A stretch of DNA of 36,289 nt from Nemertoderma westbladi (Eukaryota > Animalia > Xenacoelomorpha): assembly GCA_032718475.1 (NCBI GenBank), contig JAUCBJ010005070.1:1-36289 (forward strand). Direction: 5' to 3'. A program made the translations under genes and the position numbers. The notes under the pieces are model-generated. The model worked only from the letters and a program-made list of their open reading frames with translations. It was not told where the DNA came from and did no database searches. Numbering within the stretch: the stretch's first letter is position 1; each line of letters begins with the position of its first letter. This document shows, piece after piece, positions 22,012 to 33,522 of the stretch.

Positions 22012-22431
22012 TTTTTTCATTTCTGGTGCCAGTTTTAGGTTTGTCCGGCGGGATCTCGTTAGGTTTTTAAATAAACGCGGATATTACCATTATTCACATT
22101 ATATATAACGTGTTTTATCGGTAGTCTTAGGTTGTCAAGGGCGTCAATTTCATTTCTGATGTTGGTTTACATTTACATAAATCTAGTCTATCTGTCTATT
22201 TGTCGGTCTTTCTGTCAGTCAGTATGTCAAACTTAATTCATTGTTCGCGTTATATAATGTATTTTATTAATTATCGATGTTAGGTTTTAAAGAGTGCTGG
22301 TTTCTATAATTGCTCGGTTTTATCGCGTGAAAAACCCCACCCGCGCATATACTCGATACTATTTATAACGGTGGCGGTGTTTTATTACTTACTATTATTG
22401 TTCTCATTTATATAAGTTATTAATATATGTA

Positions 22432-22896
22432 ATGAAATCACTCAAAGCTTTAATTAAACAATTTGACGGGGATTTAAAGTTCTTATCTAACACCTCCCTT
22501 AACCGTAGAAAAACCTTCTTACACGTTGGTGGAACCGATGAACTTATAAGTTTCCTAATTAATATTATTCTAAATGTATTAAATGGTAAGGTAAAAATTC
22601 CTGAGCAAACAATCGCAAGGTTAAAACGCCATAAAAAAACAATACGCGAGATCGCTAAAAAACCAACAGCAGCCAAGTATCCCATCAGAATTTACCATAA
22701 ACGATTGGTGCAAAGGGGCGGATTTATAAATCTACTAATCTCTGGTTTAATGAGTGGGCTTAACGCTTATCAGAAAATATCACCCATAATAACGGCTGTA
22801 AGAGGCAGAAAATTAGCCCAATCCCGCCGGGGGTATAGACCTAGTACCTCTGGTATACGCGTCAACCGTCAAGTTTCTAGGTTTCCTATCTACTGA
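22432..22896 (+). CDS. Basic Polinton virion/core-type protein with a putative adenain cleavage site
   Basis: NIILNVLNGKVKI...LKRHKKTIREIA...LVQRGGFINLLI, a Gly-Gly site followed by an amphipathic segment; sits immediately upstream of the ATPase. Confidence 0.65.
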   Translation: MKSLKALIKQFDGDLKFLSNTSLNRRKTFLHVGGTDELISFLINIILNVLNGKVKIPEQTIARLKRHKKTIREIAKKPTAAKYPIRIYHKRLVQRGGFINLLISGLMSGLNAYQKISPIITAVRGRKLAQSRRGYRPSTSGIRVNRQVSRFPIY

Positions 22897-22913
22897 GTGG
22901 CTACCTATCAACA

Positions 22914-23624
22914 ATGTCCCGAGAGCCGGCGATATCGCAGGAACCAATCACATCATACAACACCTCTTTCAAGATGGGTTTGGCCATGATTATTGCGGGT
23001 CCAAGTTCTTCCGGAAAAACAGTGCTGGTATCAAAAATTGTTAAAAATAAAAATTTAGTTTTTGATATAACCCCGAAGCGTGTATTATTCTTTTATGATG
23101 CCACCCCACCTGAATTCCCAGGTATAACACATCTATTCAAAGGTTTACCGCAAAAAATTAATTCTATTTTCCGCGAAAACGATCTAATTATTATAGACGA
23201 CTTGTTAAGCGAAAGTAAGAGTGATGAGAGTTTGACAGAAAGCTTCACAAAAACCTGCCATCATACTTCCTGTTTCATTATCTATATAACACAAAATTTT
23301 TTCAGTAAAGGGGCGGAAACACGGACTAGAAGTCTAAATGCCCAATATTGTATTTTCACAAAAAATCCCCGCGACGCAAGTCAAATTAGTTATATAGCAC
23401 GGCAAGTGTAACCAAAAAATAGCAATTTTATTGTTCAAGCATATAGCGACGCCACACAAAAACCATTCACACACCTTCTCTTAGACTTTCATCAAAAAAC
23501 GGATGATAGTATAAGAGTTAGGGGTGATATTTTCAACCCATTAGGGCAAACTGTTTATCAACCCACGAACACGAACTCTAACACACCACACCAAGGCCCT
23601 GAGGCTCAGTCTATACCGCAGTAG
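22914..23624 (+). pseudogene. A32/FtsK-like genome-packaging ATPase, one premature stop at 23409-23411
   Basis: Walker A GPSSSGKT, Walker B IIIDDLL, ITQNFF, RTRSLNAQY, KNPRDASQI. The same frame resumes after TAA with AYSDATQKPFTHLLLDF to TAG at 23624. Confidence 0.92.
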
Positions 23625-23746
23625 CGACGCCGGACGAAAACCATTTTCACACCTTGTTTTAGACTTTCATCAAAATTAGGTTATTATCTGTCCATGAACG
23701 TGAACTCTAGTATATAGTATTAATATATTAATAATGATATATAACG

Positions 23747-24205
23747 ATGAAAAATAATGAGATTAGCCTCGGAAATTTTAAGAAGTTGTATCTAGTTTCT
23801 ACTTTATTAATGGATACTTATAATAATAATAAGAAAAGCAATAATATAATACAACCGCTAGATGGTATGGCAATTTCATTCCAGAAAGCCAAACGATTGT
23901 TGAGTTATTTGATGCGATTCTCGCGAGACAGAGTATGGTGGAGTGATAATAATAAACTCTATATAGAAAATGAACTTATACCCGGAGCGAATATTGATCA
24001 TTTGATTGAATTGCTGACTACAAAAAAAAATAAGAAAAACACCAAAATAATTCCAAGACAAACAACATTTTTGGGGTTATTAAAACGATTAAGGATACCA
24101 AAACGATTAATTGGTCGCGGTTGGTTGAAACGACAAGGGGTCCGTGTGACCCCCTCCAACGCAAAACGCGTCGACGCGTGGAAACAATACGTAGGATTAC
24201 AATAA
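23747..24205 (+). CDS. Basic hypothetical Polinton protein
   Basis: KAKRLLSYL...WSDNNKLYIENELIPGANIDHLI resembles an ORF I recall near the ATPase/integrase of such elements; intact 152 aa. Confidence 0.55.
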   Translation: MKNNEISLGNFKKLYLVSTLLMDTYNNNKKSNNIIQPLDGMAISFQKAKRLLSYLMRFSRDRVWWSDNNKLYIENELIPGANIDHLIELLTTKKNKKNTKIIPRQTTFLGLLKRLRIPKRLIGRGWLKRQGVRVTPSNAKRVDAWKQYVGLQ

Positions 24206-24323
24206 ATCGACGTGTGGAAACAAAACGCGGGATAACATTAAAATAGTAGTATGTTTTTTGAACGTTTCATATTAAGTATTAACTGTCATTGCAAGTGTTT
24301 TCTACCGCGACTCGACACAACCG

Positions 24324-25415
24324 ATGGGGAGAATCGTAGAAAATTGAACAAACAAACGACTGGGAAGAATATATTACGATGTTTCAAATGCTGCCGGTTT
24401 CGCGAGCGTAACCAAACTAGCGAAAGCCTCTAAAGTTACGAGAAATCGCGCAAAGGAGTGGTTGAGCTCCCAACGAATGTATTCCCTACACGTGCCGGCT
24501 AGGCGCCATTACCCGACATCAAAAATTTTCACGGGCGGCATTGGAGATCTATATCAGGCGGACCTATGCGATATGCAACCCTTTAGGGTGGAGAATAATG
24601 GTTATGGTTACATAATTACTTGTATCGATTGCTTTAGTCACAAGGCGTGGGCACTAGGGTTAAAACGTAAAACCGGTGTCGAAATTAAACGCGCCCTAAC
24701 CACAATATTCGAAGAAAGAAAGCCTAAAACACTGGCGGTTGATCAGGGTACTGAGTTTGTAAATAAATTAGTGAAAGAATTCTTACAGAATAATAATGTT
24801 AATTTTTATACATTAGTTAGCCAATTTAAAGCTAGCATCTGTGAGAGGCTTAACCGCACACTTAAGTCGAAAATGTATAAAGTGTTCACAAGGCGGCAAA
24901 ATAAGAAATGGATCGACATATTACCAAAGCTGGTAATTTCATATAATAATTCAATACATAGAACCATCGGTATGGTGCCAAACTCAGTCAATAAAAATAA
25001 TGAAACTGACTTATTTTTAAAACTATATGGCAGTGTGCGCCATCCCAATAAAAAGAAACGCCGCGAACAGCGTCGAGTTTATTTCAAAGTTGGTGATAAA
25101 GTGCGTCTGAGTTTAACCGCGATGCCATTTTCCAAAGGATATACACCTAACTATACCTGGAAAATTTTCGAAATTTCTAGAATGCAGATGGATCGAGAGC
25201 CGTACCCTATGTACGAAGTTATGGATGTGAATAGGCGTGTTATTAAAGGGACATTTTATCAATATGAAATGAAAAAGGTGAAAGAACCGTTTGAGTTCTT
25301 ACCAATTGAAAAAGTAATCAAGGAAAAAGTAATTAACAAAAAAACAGGAAAAAAACAATACCTGGTAAAATTCGTTGGTTATGCGAAGCACCGGTGGGTT
25401 GATAGGATACAATAA
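24324..25415 (+). CDS. Retroviral-like (rve) integrase with C-terminal chromodomain; in-frame stop at 24345-24347 after the likely ATG
   Basis: IYYD...EWLSSQRMYSLH, QADLCDM, CIDCFS, VDQGTEF, ASICERLNRTLK, YNNSIHRTIGMVP, FKVGDKVR, FSKGYTPNYT, IEKVI...YLVKFVGY...WV. Confidence 0.93.
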
Positions 25416-26284
25416 TGGATCGCTTACATTTGACATTGACTTCTGACGCCAGTCTAGATAAATATCCTAACAACACCCCGAGCAATTTTACAATTGAATT
25501 GTCCAAACCTATCCCCATTACCACGGATTGGGTTGTGGGCCTAAAAGAAATACAATATATATCAACTTATAGGAATATTGAGCAAAGATCCGGAATTAAA
25601 ATTGGTGAATACATGGAAGATGGGGATATACCATTCCACATTGCCCCGTATAATCTTATTGAAATCGATCTTAATCATGGGCTGTATGCTTCCGTTGAGT
25701 CAATTATAAATTATATTACCGTATATTTGAAAAAAAATTCCGTAGCACATCATGGTTTCTCCGATGTTAAGTTTAATTATCACAAGCATACATCGAAAAT
25801 ACATTTGCATTCTATGAAATTTCCAATTCTACGGGGATTTAATAAATATATTTGGCTTATCGTCTTTAAAAAATAACATACTTGGTCTTGGTGCATTTTG
25901 GTCAATACATTACAACCCAGAAGACAACTTACTAAGTTTAGGCTCTAGAAATTCAGACAAAAATGGAATTGAATTTCCTGAACCCTGCGATATAACGAGG
26001 GATAGACATACAATGTTTATATATACAGATATAATTGAATCTTCCCACGTGGGGCATTCTATGGTTCCTCTTTTGCGGATAATTCCGTTAAAATGGCAAC
26101 CATACTCATTTATAAGTCAAGAGTTCGAAAACACTCATTACAAACAGTTAAAAAATCAAAAAATTTGTTAATACAATTAGTATAACGCTTCGCGATCATA
26201 AAGGAAAGCATATAGTGTTTCATGGTGGTAAAACAATTTTAGTTCTAGAACTAAAAAAACAGTCGCAATTACAAAACTGGTATA
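25415..26284 (+). pseudogene. Minor capsid protein (penton-like) 1, frameshifted; 3' end approximate
   Basis: N-terminus LTLTSDASLDKYPNNTPSNFTIEL...WVVGLKEIQY; shifted C-terminus MFIYTDIIESSHVGHSMVPLLRII...ISITLRDHKG...TILVLEL. Start overlaps the integrase stop (TAATG). Confidence 0.85.
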
Positions 26285-27090
26285 ATGATGAACAGTTATT
26301 ATGTTGTACTACCTTCAAACGCGAACCCAATAGAATTTTCACTTAATAATGCTAGCGATTTCCAAACAAATTTACAAATTCCTTTACCTATTGCTAGAGG
26401 GCAATGGTTAGTAGGTTTGACTAGTATAACCTACGTATCTAGTATTCGTCACGATAATAGTAACATTTATATAAAGGCTATAAAAAATAAAAAAATGGAT
26501 ACAAGAGATGTCACTCTCCCAGAAGGGTCGTTCCTGACATTGGAAAGAATCATTGAGTTCTTCAACAAAAGCATTATTAAAGCACAAATTAATATAGTTG
26601 ATAATAGAGCGAGGTCAGGCGATATAACTATTCATTTCAAAGGGAAAGAATGGGAAATATTCGTTAGCAAACGTTTGGGTGGTTACCTAGGATTAATAGA
26701 GCACGATATTGATAAATTAGGTTTCAAGTGCGTAAAAACCGACGTCGGAGATTATAATTTATTAGAATTAATCCGCGGAATAATAAGTACCAGTGCCATA
26801 AACATCCCGACGCAGTCGAGATACTAGACCCTAACATAAATATTCACCTTAATTGTGTTGAATCTCAATTTGTGGACAATAACGAATATCGGCTGTTGCG
26901 AACCATACCATTAGAAGGGGAATACGGCGAAGTCATTACTAGGGAAGTCAAACAGATATACTATAAAAAACTTAAAGTAACATCTAATTTACGCTATATA
27001 CGGGCTAAATTGGTTGGGGATTCGGGTGATCTGTTGCGCTTTCATTATGGAAATTCAATATTGATGCTTCATTTTATACGAATTGACTGA
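26285..27090 (+). pseudogene. Minor capsid protein (penton-like) 2, frameshifted
   Basis: YVVLPSNA...NNASDFQTNL...WLVGLTSITY; C-terminus VESQFVDNNEYRLLRTIP...YYKKL...GDSGDLLRF...LMLHF. Confidence 0.85.
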
Positions 27091-27164
27091 GATAGTCACA
27101 ATTTAATCGATGTAAATTATTTATTATTTATTATTATCTGATTATCTGAAGTAATAGCGACTAT

Positions 27165-27730
27165 ATGGATAAATTTCTAAGTCGCAGCTGCGGGCGTGAT
27201 TATTACCTGATGCTGGAAAACCCAGGAATAATAGTAGATTTCCAATATTATACGCATCATCCGCAGATCGGCCAACACCCCGTTGCAACCATTTATTTTA
27301 AAGAGTTTGCGGCTTATAATACTACCATCAAATCATTAGAAAATGTATGGTTTATTAATGGACCGCCCGCAAAAATTTTAAGTTTAAGCGAATGCGATCG
27401 TCTCACACAACTCGCCAATATTACGCATCATATTAATTTTGACTATGGATTTATGGACCAAAGCGCATTTAAAATGTACATACAGGAATGGTTACAAGAA
27501 AAAAAACGGTTGGGGTTTCAAATATTAATACGTGGAATACCGAAATTATTTATTTTAAAAAATGAATTTAATGTGAATGGAACACTTCTAGAAATGTACG
27601 GCATAAACGAAAAATATGTCGATTATGACACCAAATGCATTTTCCATACCATTCTGATAAAGATTCTTGTTTTAATTACTGTTCTATGAAACTCGCAGTT
27701 GGTTATGGGAAATGGTTGTCATCAAATTAA
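27165..27730 (+). pseudogene. DEDD/RNase H-fold nuclease-like protein with Maelstrom-like E..H..CxxH..C pattern; late frameshift
   Basis: IIVDFQYY...FKEFA...THHINFDYG...ILIRGIPK...CIFH, then in a shifted frame SCFNYCSMKLAVGYGKWL to TAA at 27730. Confidence 0.5.
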
Positions 27731-27852
27731 TGTGTATATATTTATTAATTATATTGTATTATTATGTGGTACATATATTATTTGTTGATTACACATATAT
27801 GTATGTAGTAAAGAATTATTATTATACGTTATAATAAATACTCATAATAATA

Positions 27853-28380
27853 ATGTCAGATTCTAATTTGTTTAAATTATATAGCACCCCACAAATCCAA
27901 CTGGGAAGTGGGAATTATAGCGATATACCCGTTTTTAAGGGTGGAAGCATTCTCCCCGGGTTTGGCCCATCTACTGGTGTATGGAATAATAAGAATAATA
28001 AATTCGGCCAGCGACACACCCAAAATCGTCAGCGTGGGCGCGGAATATTAACAACTGGCCTCAGTATATTAGCGCGCAAGTTAGGGAGAAAGGTGCTAAC
28101 TAAAGCACTCCCCAAAGCAGCAAAAGCGGCGCGGAAATACATAATACCGGAAGGAAAACGTATTTTACGCAGTAAAGCAGATGATTTGATAAATAAAGTG
28201 GCCGCGCGGTTAGAACCTTATCCAAAGACACGCCAAATCGCCCAACGGGTATACAATGAATTTACAAACCCGAAAAGTAAAAAAAAGAGGAGCGGGAAAC
28301 GGCGACACCCAAGTGTGGGTATGAACGTTGGGCGCAAACGTAAAAAGCGAAATAATAAATGTTGTGATATTTTCATGTAA
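27853..28380 (+). CDS. Arg/Lys-rich core (pVII-like) protein with putative protease cleavage sites
   Basis: QLGSG, VFKGG and QRGRG sites, a very basic C-terminus ending DIFM; directly upstream of the major capsid gene. Confidence 0.7.
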   Translation: MSDSNLFKLYSTPQIQLGSGNYSDIPVFKGGSILPGFGPSTGVWNNKNNKFGQRHTQNRQRGRGILTTGLSILARKLGRKVLTKALPKAAKAARKYIIPEGKRILRSKADDLINKVAARLEPYPKTRQIAQRVYNEFTNPKSKKKRSGKRRHPSVGMNVGRKRKKRNNKCCDIFM

Positions 28381-28387
28381 TTTAACA

Positions 28388-29638
28388 ATGAGTAAATTAG
28401 AATTATCATTATTCTCTAGTAAAACAAATCAGCGAGAATATACAACTTCACATTTTTTGGATATCTACCCGATTTCTACTCTTGACACGAATGCCAGGCA
28501 AATAGAGTTCTTTATACCCCAGTCAAATGTTCTATATACTGATTTAAAGAATTCGAAATTTCACATTAAATATAAAATTACATGGGACGGTAATAGGGCT
28601 AACGACGATACAACCCTCCACCATCTCAATTACCCAGATGGGTCACTGTTTGAGAATTGTACGTTGTACCTAAATGAAAAGCTAGTTGAAACCTCGAATG
28701 GGTTCTACGCCTATAAGTCTACGTTTCAGACATTACTGTTGACAGATGTTAACGAAAAACGCGGTATTTTAAGAGCTGGTGGTTATGAGGATACAGATAA
28801 TAATCTAGGCGGGGTACCTGTCGCTACTGGGAACGACGTTCGTGGGAATTATGTTAAATTCGTTGTGGCCCCAATTTTTTTAGACCTAACAAGTCAGGAC
28901 AAATTACTGCCGCCAGGAATTAACATTCGACTTCGTATAGACCGAGTATCGAATAATTTTTTTTTGAAAGTTGAACCCCCCGCAGGATTGGCAAACCCAA
29001 GAGTTGAAATCATGAATATTAATTTAAAAATAAAACACCACAGGATTGATGCCGGGGTTATGCGCGCGCATTTGTTGGGGTCACAAAAAAATGACTTTAT
29101 TTATAACTTGTTAAAACAAGAAGTGAAAACCTTCACTATTGGTAGCGGACAGTCCAGTTATACAGAATCGAACATAATCCAAGGGAAATTACCTAAGTAT
29201 ATTTTGATTTGAATGCTTACCAACGCCAGCTTCAACGGAGAATTAAGCAGTAATCCGCTACATTTTAACCATTTCGGTTTAAATTATGCCGAACTAAACA
29301 TCGACTCCCTTATTATACACGGGTATCCATATCGCCCTAACTTTCCAGAAAACAATTTTATGTTGGAATTCGAAAGTTTAATGAACGTGTTCAAGAGCTT
29401 GAGCGGCGTATTTTGCTCGCTAACACCAGAACGGTTTCGTACCCAATTTCCTTTGATAGTATTTGATCTTACAGTGGGAGGCAATCGAAGCCATGAGATT
29501 CAACCTAGTATACATACAAGCGGGCATTTGATTCTGAAATTTAGTAATACGCTAGTTAACACTATTAACATTATATTAATGGCAAGCTATGACGCTTTTC
29601 TATCTATTTCGGAAGCCAAGGAAATAATAACCGAATAA
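28388..29638 (+). pseudogene. Major capsid protein (double jelly-roll), one premature TGA at 29210-29212
   Basis: MSKLELSLF, IEFFIP...YTDLKNS, SLFENCTLYLNE, YAYKS, QDKLLPPGINIRLRI, GKLPKYILI*MLTNASFNGELSSNPLHFNHFGL, VFDLT, GHLILKFS. Both ORFs are in one frame. Confidence 0.9.
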
Positions 29639-29737
29639 ATAAAGATCTCGCATAGTACAAAGTAAGCGAAGCCGCACCGCACCGCCTGTGGAATTAGAAA
29701 AATTCTCTTAAACTTTTAATGATACGCGCACGCTAAG

Positions 29738-30273
29738 ATGTTGGACTCTATACAATTAGCGAAATTCCCGGTGGGGCCCGAATACATCGGTGTTTACGCA
29801 ATCGACCAATTACACCTAATACACGCAAAAAAAATAAGCATAAACAAAATTATTCATTTATTATTAATAATCAACGTATAGGCCTACCGGGGCAACACTG
29901 GTCTTGCATATGCGTGGTTAACAGAATTGCTTATTATTTAGATTCGTTTGGTAAAGCCCCACCACCGAAAATATCCTATTGGTTGCATAAATATACCCAA
30001 AGGCATACTTGGAATTGTAAAATATTTCAAGCGCCACATTCGACTCAGTGTGGTCTATTTTGTCTGTATTATCTAACCGAGGTGCCGAAAAATCCCGGAG
30101 CAATGAATATATTCACCTCTAATTTGCGGTACAATGATTTATTGTTATTACTGTGGACACTTTCGTTAATAAAATTATTTATTTATTTCGGTTATGGGTA
30201 TATTCAATTGCGGTGTGTGAAAATATTATTAGCATTAATATTAATAATAAATATTTATTTCTTGGGTATATAG
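29738..30273 (+). pseudogene. Adenain-like cysteine maturation protease, frameshift near 29830-29850
   Basis: YIGVYAIDQL / FIINN...PGQHWSC...YYLDSFG...FQAPHSTQCGLFCLYY; catalytic H, D, Q and C are present. Confidence 0.9.
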
Positions 30274-30924
30274 TAATAGCAATATTTTTAATAAATATAT
30301 GGGACGTGGTAAGTGACGTGGGTGGGGTCTTCACGCGGCACTATTCGTTTTTTAATTTTTTTAATTTTCATCGTCAATCACTGAAACCTTGTGAGGTAAA
30401 GTCTTTAGCGCGTGGGCGCCAGTAAAACCGGAATAATTAGACATAGCCATATTGGGGCCCAACTCTTTCCATTATATACCAAGCATCTGCCGCCCAACCT
30501 ATGTGGTTAACACAAAGGCCAGAATCTCTATCCATGCTACGCGCATTAGACAATAATTAAACGCTCTAACGACAATCAAAGGTCTGGGTTCAATTTACTC
30601 GCATATGTGACCGGTTTCACAAAAGAAGAAATAAGCCATATACGAAGCATAGATAATTAGCCTTACCAAATTAGCTAGTTCTGTTATAATAGTATAATAG
30701 TTTACTATATTAACATCGGGAATAGCGATACCGATATCACTTTATTAATTAAATTATTAAATTATAAACTATCTAAATAAACTAAAACTCACTATGCTTT
30801 TTATATTTAGTAGTTTGAATGTTAATTCAATAGTTTTATATTAAGTTAGATTTCACATTATTGTTTGTAAAACTTATATTTTGTAAGTCAATAATTAAAT
30901 AAACAACTAAAACATATCGACATA

Positions 30925-31392
30925 ATGGCTGCAGGCGGTGATAAATCAATCTCGGAGATTGCCGCAACTTTATTGTGGGTGAGACGGCGGCAAGAGCTAC
31001 GAAGCGACGCAAACCCGAATCCAGAAGCAGAAGACCCCATCCAACAAGTACCTGTTTCTGGCAGGGTGCCCCAAACTTTCGGCGAGGGGACTCGCGGTGG
31101 TACCATTGAACCCCTTAGAAGGCCTAATACACCAATGGCAACGGCATATAGGCCTATCAATTTTTATCCGACGATTGGTAGGCCTCTTAGGCCTATTGCC
31201 ATGGTATTTCCGAATAGGCGGCCCCGAGGGCGAGGTCGTGGTTTATCGCCGTGGTTCTCCCCGGATCCACCGCAAGAAGGGGTACTCCCTGCGGAGCCAG
31301 GGAGAATTGTTGGTGGGGGAGTCCGCCCGACTTGCGCCTGCCCCCCAAGAGTGATAGGGCAAACGAGAATGCAGCCTCCCACCCAACATTAA
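30925..31392 (+). CDS. Pro/Arg/Gly-rich hypothetical protein near the right end of the Polinton
   Basis: Intact 155-aa ATG ORF forming a GC-rich island between AT-rich flanks, with AATAAA downstream. Confidence 0.5.
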   Translation: MAAGGDKSISEIAATLLWVRRRQELRSDANPNPEAEDPIQQVPVSGRVPQTFGEGTRGGTIEPLRRPNTPMATAYRPINFYPTIGRPLRPIAMVFPNRRPRGRGRGLSPWFSPDPPQEGVLPAEPGRIVGGGVRPTCACPPRVIGQTRMQPPTQH

Positions 31393-31759
31393 TGTAAGTA
31401 ATAATTTAATTTCAACAATTAATATAATAACAATAAATAATTACCAAAATTCAACAATAGTACCCATACGCTAAAGGCTTTGCTCACTCCGCGCTGCGCG
31501 GGTACCCATATTCTAAGGCTTCGTTCGATTCATGGCTCGTCCTATTTTTTCATCAAATCACTGTATAACCGAGTTATTAGCAATTAAAATTTATGTTGGC
31601 GCCGGACGGCGATAAGACAACTCACCGATAGCGCGTATATGCTTTCACACACTTCATGGCTCACCCCTCTGCATATAAGTAGAATAATCATAATAAAATA
31701 ATATTATAAATACTATAACTTTATACTCACTTCACGGCTCGCCCCACAACTAGTGGTTT

Positions 31760-31856
31760 AGTCAAATGTTCTATATACTGATTTAAAGAATTCGAAATTT
31801 CACATTAAATATAAAATTACATGGGACGGTAATAGGGCTAACGACGATACAACCCT
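31760..31856 (+). repeat. 97-bp copy of major-capsid segment 28521-28617
   Basis: AGTCAAATGTTCTATATACTG...GACGATACAACCCT reads identically at both places. Confidence 0.95.
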
Positions 31857-32643
<787 letters not shown>

Positions 32644-33522
32644 AATGACACGCACGCACATATCATGACACGCACACACACTCCAAAATGTAAATGTAAA
32701 GCACAGTTGCGACACACATTGTGTGTGTGAAATGATGACCGCTATGGGCTTCCGTAAACATCAGATAATCTATAGAGCTTCTTAAACAACCAAACATCTG
32801 CAATCAATCATCAACTCTGGGCTGAATTTCGTACGACCAGCCAAAAGGAAATTGAGTGAGATTTTTTAATTAAGTTTCTTTGCCAATCACCCTGCTAAGT
32901 AAAATTTCATCGCATTGTTTTTATTTTGGCTGATGGTATTATCAGCAAACAGAATAAGGTGATTCACTGGGGGGTTGGAAGATAAAAAAAATGGTGCTAT
33001 AAACTTATTACTGAGTGTGCTCCTTTTCCTGGAAAATCTGCTTCAGCGATTAAGGGGGGGGGGGGGGATCCTGGGGGGGTGTACCCCCCCAGGAGAGTTA
33101 TTTTTTAACCAGCTCTAACTTCGTGTAGTAGGTCAATATCATTGTTATGTTGTGTTCAGCCAACTTGGGGAAGGCCAAAGAGCAATACAAATTGAAATTT
33201 TAAAATTTTTTGGGTCCCTCAAGCGGCGACTGGCAGAATTAAATATTTCACTAAAAACACTACTAGTCCCAATGCTGCATACAATATGCACTAGAATGCA
33301 AAGAGACGGAAGTACGAAATCTTTCAAATGAAAGTATAGTTTCAATGATTGGGGGTATCTAATATGTCTGTCTGACAGTTTATATGTCTGTCTGTCTTCT
33401 GAATTTTGACGGACAAACTGATAGACGGAAAGTCAGCGATAACTCGAGCACTAAAAAAGATCTCGTCAAACCGTTTTAAGATTTGAACTTCCCGTTCTCA
33501 TTGCGGTTTCAACGAACTAAGG

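Larger units (their letters stand above)
13010..31759 (+). mobile_element. Polinton/Maverick (adintovirus-like endogenous virus), decaying; boundaries approximate
   Basis: pPolB, A32-like ATPase, rve integrase with chromodomain, two minor capsid genes, major capsid, adenain and core proteins in one compact intronless cluster. Many stops and frameshifts; no clean TIR or TSD seen. Confidence 0.95.

Noticed and set aside
13600-22370. TATAAATA / TATTTATA before several Polinton genes as a specific target of the TBP-like protein
   Set aside because: The octamer is expected repeatedly by chance in such AT-rich DNA; enrichment cannot be shown by eye.
30300-30660. Possible decayed minus-strand gene after the protease
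   Set aside because: Stops in all frames and no recognisable motif.
16600-30930. Recurrent (A)TAATG / ACAATG start contexts as a poxvirus-like late promoter
   Set aside because: Explained by ordinary Kozak preference plus AT richness.
33040-33470. G/C hairpin and TGTC repeats suggesting a Helentron-associated element
   Set aside because: No defined termini or partner repeats to support a call.
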